Of a stretch of 64,000 nucleotides of DNA, positions 1 to 12,322 are shown piece by piece. The notes below the pieces were generated by a model, which ran no database searches, was not told the origin of the DNA, and saw only the letters and a list, made by a program, of their open reading frames with translations. The stretch's first letter is position 1, and every line of letters starts with the position of its first letter. Source of the DNA: Octopus bimaculoides (Eukaryota); contig NC_069000.1 in the NCBI RefSeq assembly GCF_001194135.2, positions 39,294,561 to 39,358,560 of the forward strand. Direction: 5' to 3'. The translations under genes were made by a program, and so were the position numbers.

Positions 1-734
1 GCTTTATAAATGGATTATAAACAATATATATAAAGCCAAATTGTGTGAATCTTGCTCACTGGGCTCATTGCTTTTACACTGTTATCACATATTTACGAAT
101 ATATAAACTGTACGATAACGATGAACTTATATAAAATTTTGAGAATCGAATTACTGCTGCAAACAAAACAATCAGGAGAGATAGCTCAAATGCTGTGACG
201 ACTTCTCGGATGGCGTGGAATTATAATCACATTCGAAAATAATGGATCCCGCGAGCGTAACTGGAAAGCTTACCGACGTTCTTAAGTTGATATATATTTC
301 ATCTAATCCAGTTAATCGGCTTTAATCCCCACATTTTATTCCTTGTAGGCAAGATTTTATTCAATACATCGAATGTTATTGAAAATTGTTGAGCTGTAAT
401 CGTGCACATAGTTTATTTACTGATGTTGTAATGATTACATATTTATATTAGAAGTAAAAAATAAAATGAAGAGAGGGAGAGAGAGAGAGAGAAAGAGAGA
501 TAAAAAGAATTTTAGAGAAAAAGAGAAGAAAAGAGGATGGGTTACAAAGCAAAATAAGTATGGTGTTACAAAGCCAGATTAGATAAAGCCATACAGGCCA
601 CTTTCAATATACGTTGATTATTTTTGTCCTGATTTGACTCAGGTTTGTTCTTATCCCTGGTAGAATTTATCTGCTTAGTGGTTTTACTACTAGTAACTTT
701 ATATATCCACTAACCTTAATTAATCTTTGAGGCA

Positions 735-944
735 CTGAGACGGCTTCTAATAATATTCAAAGAGTCAAAATTCCTACAGAAGCTCTACACGACGTTGTAT
801 TCCAATTTTCTTCAAGCATTTATCTATCATTGCTGCATCAGTTTCTGCTGCACAGATTATTCCAGGCACGACCTTCAGCGTTTTCATACTCCAATTTTTC
901 CCCATTTCCAATTTTAAGGGATTGTATTTCTTTCACTTTTTTCA
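735..944 (-). mobile_element. Decayed 3' fragment of an RLE-type (R4/Dong/NeSL-like) non-LTR retrotransposon
   Basis: Minus-strand frames read ..EMGKNWSMKTLKVVPGII..DKCLKKIG..ELL..LNIIRSRLS, resembling the end of the restriction-like endonuclease domain. Stops and frameshifts are present. Confidence 0.6.
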
Positions 945-1990
945 TATTATTATTGTTGTTGTTGAACATTTTGTACTTTCAGACCAATTTCTATTGCATC
1001 ACCTGATAGACCTCCCTATTGCTGGGATGTGTGCAGCGTTTTGTATTCTTTTCACTTGATAGGAGTATTGTATTGGGTCAGTTTTATCTCCTGAGGTGTA
1101 GTGCTGTCTTTTCTTGTATTATTGCTTATGTTGTGTTTTGTGTATGTAATGCGTTGGTTTTTTAAGGATTTCTGGTGGAAGTTTATTTCACCAGATAATT
1201 GCTGTAAAGAGTGTCTTGTGGTGCTTGTGGGTTCTTTTGTTTCGGTAGTATTATTGAATTGATAGTGTGTTGCTTAGAATGTGGGCTGTTCCTAACAGGG
1301 CTATTGTTTGCTTGAGGATCCAGATATAGCGTCTATGTTTTTGTACATATGTTTTTTTTTATCATTCCCAATGCTCCAAGTATTATTGCTATTGCTTTCA
1401 CCCGCATGTCCCACATCTTTTTGGACAGTAATATTTTAATCAGAAGTGACTACGATGTCTATCAACATGGAGGTGTTTTACTCAATCCTTGATTATTATG
1501 TCGGGGCGACTAGCTTTTACTTCTTTGTCGATTTTAACCGGTATATCCCCCCTGATGATTGTGACCTGAATTTTGTTTTATATCTTGTTTGGCACATGTT
1601 TATACTATTTATTGTCAGTTTTAATGTTATAGCGTTGGCATATTGTCCAGGGCATATAACTACTTACTCGGTCGTATCTCTATATATAATTACATTTGGC
1701 AAAGACTAGGCAACCAGACATAATGGAGTTAACTGTCTTATTATGCTTGTTGCAGATTCTGAATTTGATGTTAGAGCCTGTTTTTATCATTTTCCTTTTA
1801 TAGTTGTTTGCAGTCAGGCATTGGTCTTGTGCTTCGAGAATCAGTCCTTTTTTCAGCTTTTAGTCCAGAGCTTTTGAGCCATTTCTGACTTTCACTTAGG
1901 CTCACACTTTCTCTGCCAAGCCTTGCAGAGTATTGATCACGTAGTAGTTTCTCTCTCTATTTCTTCTTTAATATATTTTGTAATTCTGCC
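945..1990 (-). mobile_element. RLE-type LINE 3' portion (zinc-knuckle region, REL endonuclease, 3' UTR, AAC/AAT tail), pseudogenised
   Basis: Minus-strand motifs GLILEAQDQCLTAN (~1850), SIMSGCLVFAK (~1715), DKEVKASRPDIIIKD (~1500), LGALGMIK (~1370) and GTAHILSNTLS (~1275). Short (AAC/AAT)n tail at ~945-965. Confidence 0.8.
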
Positions 1991-3165
1991 TTCACATTGT
2001 TTTTCTTTTTTTTTTTTTGTCTCTGAACATTTCTGCTATGTTGTCATCTGAGGTCTGTTTATCAGAATAAATTGTTGACTCCTTGTTTATAGAGAAAAGC
2101 ATTTTCTTTGTCTCGTGTTGCTTTATTCCATGTAGTAGCATTCCACTAATTTGTTTCAAGCGATCAAATGTATCTGCTGTACTATCAATCCCCCCCCCCC
2201 ATAAAATTGACAGCAATAATATTTATTATATATAGGACACATGGAACGTGAAAACATTTAGGACAATAGAAAGAAAATGAAGATTGTGAGTACAAATGAA
2301 CAGAAGTAAAACATGATGAATAATAGTCAAGAAAATTATAATTCAATTTCCAAATAAGGGTATTCACCTAGGGTTAACCAGGGAACTTCACAGATCATGA
2401 GTCACACCGACAGCCAAGCCAAGGACACAAGTGGTAGGCACCCCGTTCCCATTTGTGCACCCTCCTACAGGCGCTAGCTTAGATTGCGCCTTCTCACTGG
2501 ATCCTTCCGTTGCACTATGTTTAAATCGTTTCGAGTCCTACTAGCTACACAAATCAGTATAAATCCCTATATATAGCAAGTTCAAATGTCCATCAAATTT
2601 ACTTGAGTTAATAAATCTTACCGAACGTATTCAATGTAACTTTTGTTTTCAATTTTGTTGTCACACATCCGTCTTAACAGCAGCTCAGATTTAATTAGGT
2701 AAACACCATAAAATATTACCCTGTATTTTCAAGCAACTACTGAATTCATTGCTACCACACTTATGGATATTATATCAAATATTTTGCATGCAAATATTTT
2801 TCTTTGTAAATATAACCGCTGGAATTAATATACATCCATTCATACATACATGCAAATATACATGCATACATACATAAGTTACACACACACACACTCACCA
2901 CGCATACACACATATTTGTCATAATACATAATGATTTTATAAATACGATGTTTCTATTGTAGATAGTAAATAATAGGTTTAGTTTCATTTATGGGAAAAT
3001 TAATGTTGCTTTCGTGTATTTAATAGTATTTGTGTTGCAGCGTGCATTTCAAATTTACTGTATATTAGAATTTGTGTTATTCATATTTAATGTTGAATAT
3101 AATGTTGTCTATTCAATGGCGATTTCACATTTCCCCGACTGCCAATTGGTGAGCTGCAGGTAATA

Positions 3166-3225
3166 TCTAAAGTATATATGGCATTGCCATTATGGTCTAA
3201 AGTATATATGGCATTGCCATTATGG
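3166..3225. repeat. Perfect 2 x 30-bp tandem duplication
   Basis: TCTAAAGTATATATGGCATTGCCATTATGG at 3166-3195 and 3196-3225. Confidence 0.95.
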
Positions 3226-4230
3226 TTATTTAATGGGACATATTTATGAATCGAACATTGTGTATTTAATGCAGACTTTAATCTTCATGCAATCTCTTTT
3301 AATTGATTTTGAATAGATAATCCAGATCTTCGTATAGCTTAGAGATGAACTTTGAAACTTTACTGTCACTTCGATATTACAGTGTGGAACAAACTTTCTC
3401 ATCTTCCCTTGACGCATGTGACAAGCATATCATTTATATATAACTCGTGCAAGTCTATTTATTTCATTCGTGTCCAAACTTTATAATTTAAGAATATCAA
3501 CTCACGGCCTCCACTCTGGCCTGACTTCATGTAATGGCTATATAATTATTGAAATTCAATTAGCGTTTCTCACAAATTGCGTTCTGCTTCACTATTCATA
3601 CTAGCTGTATTACTTTATGGACTTATACGTAAGGCATGCATTGTATTACCTTTTATCTGTTATCTTTTAATTGTTTTCCTTATCAGACTACAACAGGCTC
3701 ACTGAACAATAGTACGTTCTATATAATTATCAAAGAATATAGATACATCATAATGATTTGAATAATTCGGGATATTATGATTAACATCTACGAAATATGT
3801 GTATCTGAACTGAGGGTGAACATAATTGTCACTTCCCACTATAGCTTTACTAAGATTTCTCTAGCCTACTCTATGCTCATAACACTAATATTCCCACAAA
3901 ATATTACAATGAGCCCATAAATTTGAACTCATATATCCTTTTACCTCTCACATTCAGAAGATGGTTGTATTTTGGAACAAGTCGTATCCCCCACAGAATA
4001 TGTTTTGTTCATGTGTGTAAAATTAAGCCACAATCCGTTGCAAACATGTACTTGTTTCCAACAGCTTTCCTTGTGTTTCTCAAATCTATTCCATTTTTTA
4101 TTTTCGTTGTCATTTCAAATTTATTGCTTAGATATTTATTTTCAGTGTAATTAAACATTATTTTTCTAATTAGTAAGTTATAGGAAGAAGAAAAATTATT
4201 CTTTCTATTTTAATATTACAGTACACCAAA

Positions 4231-4683
4231 GCAGCATGCTGGTCGAATCTCGAACGTGCTTCGCAAAAAGACTTAGTGATATTCTGCCTGGTTTAATGTT
4301 CTAAGTTCAAATTCCGCCTAAGTTAAGTTTGGCGTTCATCATTTCCAGGTCGATAAAATAATTACCAGTTGAGCATTGGTGTCGAGGTAATCAACTTACT
4401 CCTCCCGCAAAATGTCTGGCCTTGTGCAGATATTTTGATATCAATATCTCATTAAACCCAGGCGATTACATGCCAGAATCATTAACTCGCCGCGCATAAT
4501 GCTTAGATGCATTTCGTAAGGTTTTACGTTTTGAGTTCAAATTCCGCTGGGGTCGATTTTGCCTTTCATCCTTTTTTGGGGGGCTCGATGAAATAACTAC
4601 CAGTTGCGTATTGAGGTCGATGTAATCGACTTATGCCCTCCCCAAATTTTACTGACCCTGTGCCGAACCTGGAAACCAATATT
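4231..4683 (+). mobile_element. Two head-to-tail degenerate SINE family A copies (4231-4447, 4461-4683)
   Basis: Both carry the GTTCAAATTCCGC B-box-like core and the ..CATC..TCGAT.AAATAA.TACCAGTTG..TCGA.GTAATC.ACTTA body shared with other copies in the window. Confidence 0.8.
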
Positions 4684-5120
4684 GCAGTACACCAGCTTTT
4701 GTTTTTAATCCCGATATTTCGCACAATCTTAATATTGTGAGTCGGGAGGAATTCATCCGTGTGTATTCTCGGCCCCAATAAGTATATAAATGGTGTAGTT
4801 GGAAGAGAAGCTATAGTCCAGGGCCTAAAAGACGGAAGGAACAAATTGATCATCAGCGGAGCAACATATGCTGGACATTATGTCAAACGAATGAATTGTG
4901 CTAAAACGTATTGGACAATGTTGCTATCGGTTGTATATTAAGCTGTCCCATAATAAATCTTATATTCCACAGTATATTAGTTCACTGTTTTCCAAAACAG
5001 AGAAAATCTACTCTTCATTTCTAGTTTTTTATATGTATGCCGTAATTAGAACCGTAGATTCGAATTTGTTTCCTTCTTGTGTAATTTTTGTTCATTTGTT
5101 TTGTTTTTAATGCCAAGATT

Positions 5121-5370
5121 CAGTGGTTCTCAGCCGGGTTCCATATGTCTCTTCGTTATCCATAAAAGATTATATTTTCAAAATTTATGGGCAATAATTT
5201 ACTTATAATTCTACAATACATTCGCGCTTTTAACAGTTTTTTTTAAAAATACAATTCCTAATATCATTTAAATATAGGATATTTTTTAAACAGCGTATGA
5301 TTATGAGGGTCCTACCGAGTAAAATAAGAACCTAAGGGTACCATAGGTAAACAGTGTTTGAGAACCACTG
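5121..5370. mobile_element. hAT (Charlie-like) MITE, ~250 bp
   Basis: Perfect 12-bp terminal inverted repeats CAGTGGTTCTCA (5121-5132) and TGAGAACCACTG (5359-5370), with a non-coding AT-rich interior. No 8-bp TSD is recognisable. Confidence 0.75.
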
Positions 5371-6138
5371 GCCTGGCGGATTCTTGATCTTAAAAGTTCC
5401 CTTCATTATTGTCATGCTAGCGAATAATGCGGCAGGCATCAGACTTCTTACTTCAATATAAAATTCAGACTGTCTAAGACATAGGTGGGATCAATATTAA
5501 TGCCATATATTTGTTACTATCAATAGACACTTTTTATTCGGAATTTTATTTCTTTATTCGGTTTTATTTATATCCCGGTTTCTACTTAGAGATTTCTATT
5601 ATTTACGTTAGAGGTATTGTATTCAATATTTGCTTATTCTATCTTGTTGCTTTGCTTTTGCATAAACATATACAGTTCTCTATCTAGAGAAAGGGTCATA
5701 TTCTTATTTCTTTTTATCATCATCAGATGCCGCCTTTCATGTATTTCATTCTATGCTTATATAACATGCAACCTACATTACTCATCCTCTTATTGTATAT
5801 TTATATGAACATAATTTTTACCTTCAACTATTAAAGCTAGAACATGATTAGATTTTAAGAGATATGTACTACATCTGTTGTTTGAATTTAGTCTATTTGA
5901 TGGAGAAATATGTTTCGATCTTGGGTGATGCAGTAAAAAAATAAATAAATTCTTGCGTCTTCTCTTAATAGCCAAAACAGAACAACACATACTTCTATAC
6001 ATCAAAACACGTCTATTTCCTTTATTGTGAAGTTTTCGAGATTATCAACAATTGGCTTTTACTGTAAGCATTCCCCCTTCGCATTGCTATTCGAATATAT
6101 TAATATAATTTCCGTTTATTACTCTCCAGGATTCTTAC

Positions 6139-6243
6139 AAGATTTTCTTTCGTCCTTGTTTGATCATATTTATCTATGTTAATTTTTGCTGTAATTTCTT
6201 CCATTAGTACCTTCCGTAATTCACGCTTTTCTTTATTTTTCAT
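6139..6243 (-). CDS. Candidate 105-nt phase 0-0 exon of unknown product (MKNKEKRELRKVLMEEITAKINIDKYDQTRTKENL)
   Basis: TAG acceptor, GTAAGA donor, one open frame with a charged, helix-like composition. No recognised homologue; could be chance or a TE fragment. Confidence 0.2.
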
Positions 6244-6637
6244 CTATTTCCAAACAAAACTGTTTCTTGTTTCATGGATATACAACATTTTCTACAAAAA
6301 GCATCTTAAATATTGCAAAAATGTACAACGATTGAATGTATGTTTGCTCANNNNNNNNNNTATATATATTATTCTTCGTAACGTATACCTTACAAAACTT
6401 AGAAGGGCATTTTTTATGTCAATATCTCCTCTCTTTTTTTTTATAAACATATTACATTATCACCAGTCCTTCCACAAATACTACATTATGGATATACACT
6501 TACATATTCTGACGTTCAATATAGCAGTGTACATGTAGCACGATAAATAGCTTTTATATGTGATAAATCGACATATTTGCGCTTTGATTCTTTTCAAATA
6601 CCTCATAGATAATTTTATTACTTCATTGTTTTTATAG

Positions 6638-6727
6638 GCGGAAATTCATTTTCGGCATGGGTGCTTTTAATTCCATGTGGTTTAGCTGGGAATGTTCAAC
6701 GTTGATAGCTTTATCAGATGATCAAAG
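6638..6727 (+). CDS. Candidate 90-nt symmetric exon (RKFIFGMGAFNSMWFSWECSTLIALSDDQ), weakly WD40-like
   Basis: Acceptor TTGTTTTTATAG, donor AAG/GTATGT, only one open frame, length divisible by 3. Loose resemblance to the WD40 pattern ..AVNSVAFS..S.L...SDD. Confidence 0.35.
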
Positions 6728-6879
6728 GTATGTTTCAATGCCTGATTCTTTCGATTCATAAGGTTCTTTTACGTTCTTATTATTGGCATTGAAGCTGAAC
6801 GTGACACTTTTTTTTCTTCTTGTGGATTGAGATAATTTCAATTAGATCCCTCTTGCTGTATGTTTATATTAGTTCTGAC

Positions 6880-7030
6880 ATTTTCTGGTAATATTATTGA
6901 ATCACGTATGGGCCCGTTACCATTCGATGCTCATTTTTGCATTTTTTTTCTCCTATTTGGATGTCTTCAATAAGGATAATGTAAGAATTCTTCAGTTTCC
7001 AAATGCCATCAATTCTTCGTATATTGTACA
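6880..7030 (-). mobile_element. Possible LINE APE-endonuclease C-terminal fragment
   Basis: Minus frame RIDGIWKLKNSYIILIEDIQIGEKKCKNEHRMV loosely matches the APE pattern xIDYI....SDHRxV. Confidence 0.35.
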
Positions 7031-7241
7031 TTCAATTTGTTAGTTTCTCTTTCTATGTCGTATGTTTAACGTGTTTTTATTTCTCTTCTGTTGTTAGTTA
7101 CGGTTTCTTTCATAATACCTTCATACTTTCTGATATCCAGTACCTGTACATTTAAGGGTACTCTTATTTCTTTGAGATAACAGTTTCACACACACACCGC
7201 GTTTATACACACAAACATACATATAACTACAATTGCACAAG

Positions 7242-7386
7242 CAGGTACATACACACACAGACAAACACAATCACGTATGGGCCCGTTACCATTTTTGCTT
7301 TTTCTTCTCCTATTTGGATGTCTTCAATAAGGATAATGTAGGAATTCTTCAGTTTCCAAATGCCAGGTACATACACACACAGACAA
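7242..7386. repeat. ~96-bp local copy of 6900-7008, bracketed by a 23-bp direct repeat
   Basis: 7269-7364 matches 6900-7008 apart from a small deletion and a few substitutions. CAGGTACATACACACACAGACAA occurs at 7242-7264 and 7364-7386. Confidence 0.9.
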
Positions 7387-7920
7387 GCACACACATGTAT
7401 ATATATGCATTTTCATGTATGTTTCTGTGTTGGAATATGTGTTTGATACTACGTGTGTGGGTGTGTATACGTACTTACAAATGGAACTAGAGAAGGCATT
7501 CAATGCATGTTAGTAGAGTGTCCATATTTGGGTGACGTGGATGCTTAACTCGATAGCAGTTTCGCAGCTTGAACGTGTGCGATCGTTAGTATTCTATTTC
7601 AAGATTATCTCCCTGTTTTTTTCCTTCTCTATTTTTCTGGCAGAGCATGCTGGAAATAAATGCAATGTTTCAGACTGCTTCTTACTACTTCCTCGCTCTC
7701 ACTTGTTGATAGAGGTCAAGCAGAGGGTTTCAATAAATGTGTAATTGATCTTGGATGGCACTTGGAATGCTCAAAAATGTAACTGAAAATTTATTGTGGA
7801 TGTTCCCTGGTTTACCATCAATGCAAGAAATGCAAACGTATTGAGAACGGCATTGTCACTGTGAATGTTCTCCTTTTTTCCCTTCATTTTCTTTGCTTTC
7901 TTTTTTTTTTTTTACCTGTT

Positions 7921-8130
7921 TTCTACTAAATGCACAAGGCCATAAATTTTAGTGGAGAGGAAAAGTCAAAAACATCGACCCCATTGTTTCACTGGTGCTT
8001 AATTTCTCGATCCTGAAAGGATGAAAGGCAAAGTCGACCTCGGTGAAATTTGAACTCAGAATGTAGCGGCAGACGAAATAGTGCTAAGTATTTTTGCCCG
8101 GCGTGTTTAACGATTTTGTCAGCTCGCTGC
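7921..8130 (-). mobile_element. SINE family A copy
   Basis: Reverse complement of the family A head and body (GAGTTCAAATTTCACCGAGGTCGACTTTGCCTTTCATCC). Confidence 0.85.
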
Positions 8131-8135
8131 TTTGT

Positions 8136-8204
8136 GATGATGATGATGATGATGATGATGCTGAATGTGATAATGATGATGATGCTGATGATGATGATGA
8201 AGAC

Positions 8205-8237
<33 letters not shown>
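8136..8237. repeat. (GAT)n microsatellite
   Basis: Direct reading. It explains the poly-M and poly-D ORFs. Confidence 0.95.
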
Positions 8238-8519
8238 ACTACGCTTGTTGCTTTTTTTTTTTCTTGCAGTGGTACTTTTGTTGTTTTAGCTGTGGAAATT
8301 GTTTGTGTATTGTTTTATTACATTTCTTTTTTTCTTTGCCATTCTTCTTCTTCTTCTTCTCCTTATAGGCCTTTTTAGACCTTTTAACATTTAAATAAAC
8401 GTAGCTTTATATACGTTGAAATTATCATCAAAGGAATAAACAATAAGAGAAAAATAATCTATGTATTCATAAAATCTATTTTGCCGTACAACGTTTGACA
8501 TATTTCTAAATAACAATAG

Positions 8520-8601
8520 TGAAACTTTACATGGTGGTGAACGGCCAACAATGCATGAACTGTCAGTAACATCACGTTCTGGTGACTTTTACAGAATCAC
8601 T
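8520..8601 (+). CDS. Candidate 82-nt exon (ETLHGGERPTMHELSVTSRSGDFYRIT)
   Basis: TAG acceptor and GTATGA donor; phase-compatible with 6638-6727. No recognised homologue. Confidence 0.25.
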
Positions 8602-9299
8602 GTATGAAATTTCTATAGAGTGTGTAAACTTTCATCGTTATAGCACAGTAGATATGTATGTTATTTATTCCGACTTTTCTTTTTGATTTCCCGATTATGT
8701 TTGCTATTAAACCCCTCCTCGTTTCTCCCTATACACATACACAAACCCACAGAGACACAGACACACACACGTGCATATGTGGGTGGGTGTTTGTGGGTGT
8801 GTGTGTGTGTGTGTTGTGTGTGTATGTGTGTGCGTGTGATCATGTGTATAAGTGTCTGTATGAGTGTATGTGTATGCATTTATGTATGAAGGTAATTTAT
8901 GTGTGTATACGAAGAAATGAAGTCGAATCAAATCGTGGTATTTTGGAGTCATTTAATACAAACGGTTCAGGCTTGTGTAATATATTATAAGCAATGCATC
9001 CATTACATAAAACTTCCTCATTTAAAGCAACTGAGGAAAGTTTACCCACTCGATGCGCTGCTTGTTATATATTAGGCAAACCCGAAACGTATGTCTTAAA
9101 TGATAATTTATCCTGATCTCGCTATTTATAGCATTATCACGCGTTTGAGAAATAAATTTATTTCTGTCTTACAATACATCTCAACGCTTCTAAAAAAAAG
9201 AATAAACTTTGTTTACTTTCATCGTAAAGTTGAATTTAACGTTAGCGTCTTATGAATCTAAATTTATAAGTTCAAAAATTGCAGAAGAATTCGTTGCTG

Positions 9300-9371
9300 A
9301 ACAGTTTAGTTTAATGGTAAAACACTTCACGCGTAATCACAGAGATGTGAGTTCGAGTCTCATGGCTGGCC
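9300..9371 (+). pseudogene. tRNA-Thr(CGT)-like pseudogene
   Basis: Canonical cloverleaf spacing: D stem GTTT/AAAC, T arm GTGAG-TTCGAGT-CTCAT, acceptor stem 5/7 paired, CGT at the anticodon position (9332-9334). The anticodon stem is broken (2/5). A T7 run lies at 9381-9387. Confidence 0.6.
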
Positions 9372-9380
9372 AGTAACGTA

Positions 9381-9387
9381 TTTTTTT
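9381..9387 (+). terminator. Possible Pol III terminator (T7)
   Basis: Seven Ts ~10 nt downstream of the tRNA-like sequence. Confidence 0.4.
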
Positions 9388-10759
9388 GCAATAAATGGAT
9401 AATTTATCCTGATCTCGCTATTTATAGCATTATCACGCGTTTCAGAAATAAATTTATGTCTGTATATATATATATTTATATATATTTGAAGGTTTGAAGG
9501 TGATGTACAGAAAGTATATAGAAAAAAATTTAAGGTACTCAGAAATCTGGATCTTTGTACATTTACAGATTTTTATTAATGTCACATATTAAATAATATA
9601 TATATAATATATATATAATATAATATATATATAATGTCACATATTAAATAAAGCGCTTTTCACCTAGTCGTGTAGGATTTTCAAATATATATATATATAT
9701 ATATGCATAAAGCCACACATTTATATATATGTACATCTGTGCATACACATATGTGTATGTCTATATGTGTGCGTTTGTATTTGTGTATGTGTGTCTGTAT
9801 GTTATTGTGTGTGTGTATATATGTCATTTACTCCTATCGGCTTCTCTGATTATTCACATTTTGACTTTGTGGCCAACATAGAATTTTTACTAGACGAAAT
9901 CCCAATAGATTTTTCCGTGAAAATCCATTTGTTCTGTTTATCTGATGAAATATAATAGCAGCCGCGTAACTAACTACAAGAATAAAGAACACGATTTCTA
10001 AACTGATAGCTAGAAATTGAAAAACTTGCGAGAAGATTATCATCAACGCAGATCACATCCACATATGTCGATTGTACTCTTAAGTCTTTTCTAGGGGCAA
10101 TTGTATACTGATTAGATGAATGTGCATATCCTTGTCATTGTTTATAAGCGTCTCTTATTGGTTACATTCGAATAAATATAAACATGGGAGGAAATTTAAA
10201 AGATATTCTTTTGTAAACGGCGCACATTCATTTATATTCTGCCCTGTGATAGAATTGTCACCGAAGTTGAATTCAATAATTTCGCTTACCGTTTATTCTT
10301 GTAATTATATTATTCTTCAGTTTGTAATTGTATTCAGGACAAGCGTTTATCAAATAACACATCAATTGACATGGGACAACTTTTATTGGTTATAATATCG
10401 ATATTAAGCGTATATAGAAGTAGCATTTGAGCGAAGAACAAGTCGGAATTACCTCTCAAAATGGCTACTTATGTGTATGTAAATACAAACTGCGTTGACG
10501 AACTTTAGAACAATATTCATAAGTGGGGAAAATTAGCATACACAAAAGCTGACTCAAGAAACATTCACACCGGAATCGTTAGCATTAAACAATTCAATTT
10601 GAATATACGCATTTCAAAAACATTTATATTTGTATGCATTCGTACGACATTTATATGTATGCCAAGAGGCATTCTTGTAGATATGCATGCATATACGCCT
10701 ACATACATATATGTGGGCGAGTCTATGTGTCTATGTAGTATGTGTATACACGCGGATGC

Positions 10760-10811
<52 letters not shown>

Positions 10812-10997
10812 GTGTGTGTGTGTGTGTGTGAATGCATGTATGTATATAACACTGTTATAGAGAAGTTATAGATTGACTTAATAGAAAAGAGATTCATGCA
10901 TGAGATTAAGCAAACTTGCCGGATAGCACTGTACATATTTTTAGCATATTATGATGTTGATCATAAGAACAGCAATAATAATAAGAATCATCATAAT

Positions 10998-10998
10998 G

Positions 10999-11074
<76 letters not shown>

Positions 11075-11127
11075 NNNNNNNNNNNNNNNNNNNNNNNNNN
11101 NNNNNNNNNNNNNNNNNNNNNNNNNNN

Positions 11128-11202
<75 letters not shown>

Positions 11203-11216
11203 ATGATGATGATGAT
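10998..11216. repeat. (TAG)n/(GAT)n microsatellite with internal gap
   Basis: Direct reading. Confidence 0.95.
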
Positions 11217-11359
11217 GAGTATGTTGAATGTATCGTTAAATTTTAAACAATGGCACGCTTCCTTTCTTGCTTCTATTATTACTAATATTATCATTATTAT
11301 TATTGTTATTATCATCATCATCATCATCAGTAGTAGTCGTAAGTAGTAGTAGTAGTGCT

Positions 11360-11465
11360 AGTAATAGGGCAAGGAGGAGGGAGGGAGGGGAGGAGGAGTA
11401 GAAGAAGCAGTAATAGGGCAAGGAGGAGGGAGGGAGGGGAGGAGGAGTAGAAGAAGCAGTAATAG
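11360..11465. repeat. 2.2 x 49-bp G-rich tandem repeat
   Basis: AGTAATAGGGCAAGGAGGAGGGAGGGAGGGGAGGAGGAGTAGAAGAAGC at 11360-11408 and 11409-11457. Confidence 0.9.
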
Positions 11466-11914
11466 CAAAGTTTGCAGCGAAGGTAACATAACTGTTATTT
11501 TTGTAGATATTTTGCAGCACCATGTTGATCTTCATGGAGCAACTTCCATAACCTACGTATCTCAATCCATGAACTCCATGTCATATTTTCGTGTATAGCT
11601 CACCCAAGGTCTGTTCTATCAAAACTATGTTTTTTTTTTTTTGAAGGAAATGTTGTTTGGCCATAGAGAAATTTGAAGATTATTTATAACGGATCGGGTT
11701 CTCGTACGCCATGTTTGTTTGCCTCATATCATTCTAACGGTTGTTACTGCATCATACTCATGTTTCAGTTCCTGCTGCTATCATCATTTGCTCTTGTTGT
11801 TGTATTCCAAGACATACCAAATACAACCTATTCTTTTGTTAATAAATACGTATTGCTTATTCTGCGTATAATTTTAAGAGACGATTGTATACTCTTTACT
11901 CTTTTACTCTTTTA

Positions 11915-12322
11915 CTTGTTTCAGTCATTTGACTACGGCCATGCTACAGCAGCGCGTTCTAGTCGAGCAAATCGAACCCAGGACTTATTCTTTGTAAGCC
12001 TAGTACTTATTCTATCGGTCTCTTTTGCCGAACCGCTAAGTTACGGAGACGTAAACACACCACCATCGGTTGTCAAGCGATGTTGGTGGGGGACAAAACA
12101 TACACACAAACATATGCACACACATACATATATATACATATATATATACATATACATACATACGACAGGCTTCTTTCAATTTCCGTCTACCAAATCCACT
12201 CACAAGGCTTTGGTCGGCCCGAGGCTATAGTAGAAGATACGTGTCCAAGGTGCCACGCAGTGGGAATGAACCCGGAACCATGTGGCTGGTAAGCAAGCTA
12301 CTTACCACACAGCCACTCCTGT
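11915..12322 (-). mobile_element. SINE family B (tRNA head, CORE-like GCACCTTGG segment, internal CA/TA tract), near full length
   Basis: Reverse complement reads GGCTGTGTGGTAAGTAGCTTGCTTACCAGCCACATGGTTCCGGGTTCATTCCCACTGCGTGGCACCTTGG.. and ends ..GCATGGCCGTAGTCAAATGACTGAAACAAGTAAAAG. Confidence 0.9.

Larger units (their letters stand above)
9102..9457. repeat. 60-bp direct repeat pair (9102-9161, 9398-9457; 1 mismatch)
   Basis: GATAATTTATCCTGATCTCGCTATTTATAGCATTATCACGCGTTT(G/C)AGAAATAAATTTAT occurs twice. Confidence 0.95.

Noticed and set aside
3300-3640. Minus-strand protein-like fragments (SEAERNL, KLYEDLDYLF) suggesting a hAT transposase
   Set aside because: Too short and stop-riddled to assign.
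9834-10046. Hydrophobic ORF resembling a Cys-loop receptor M4 helix
   Set aside because: In-frame stop just upstream, no good acceptor, and no other receptor exons found. AT-rich DNA readily yields F/I/L-rich frames.
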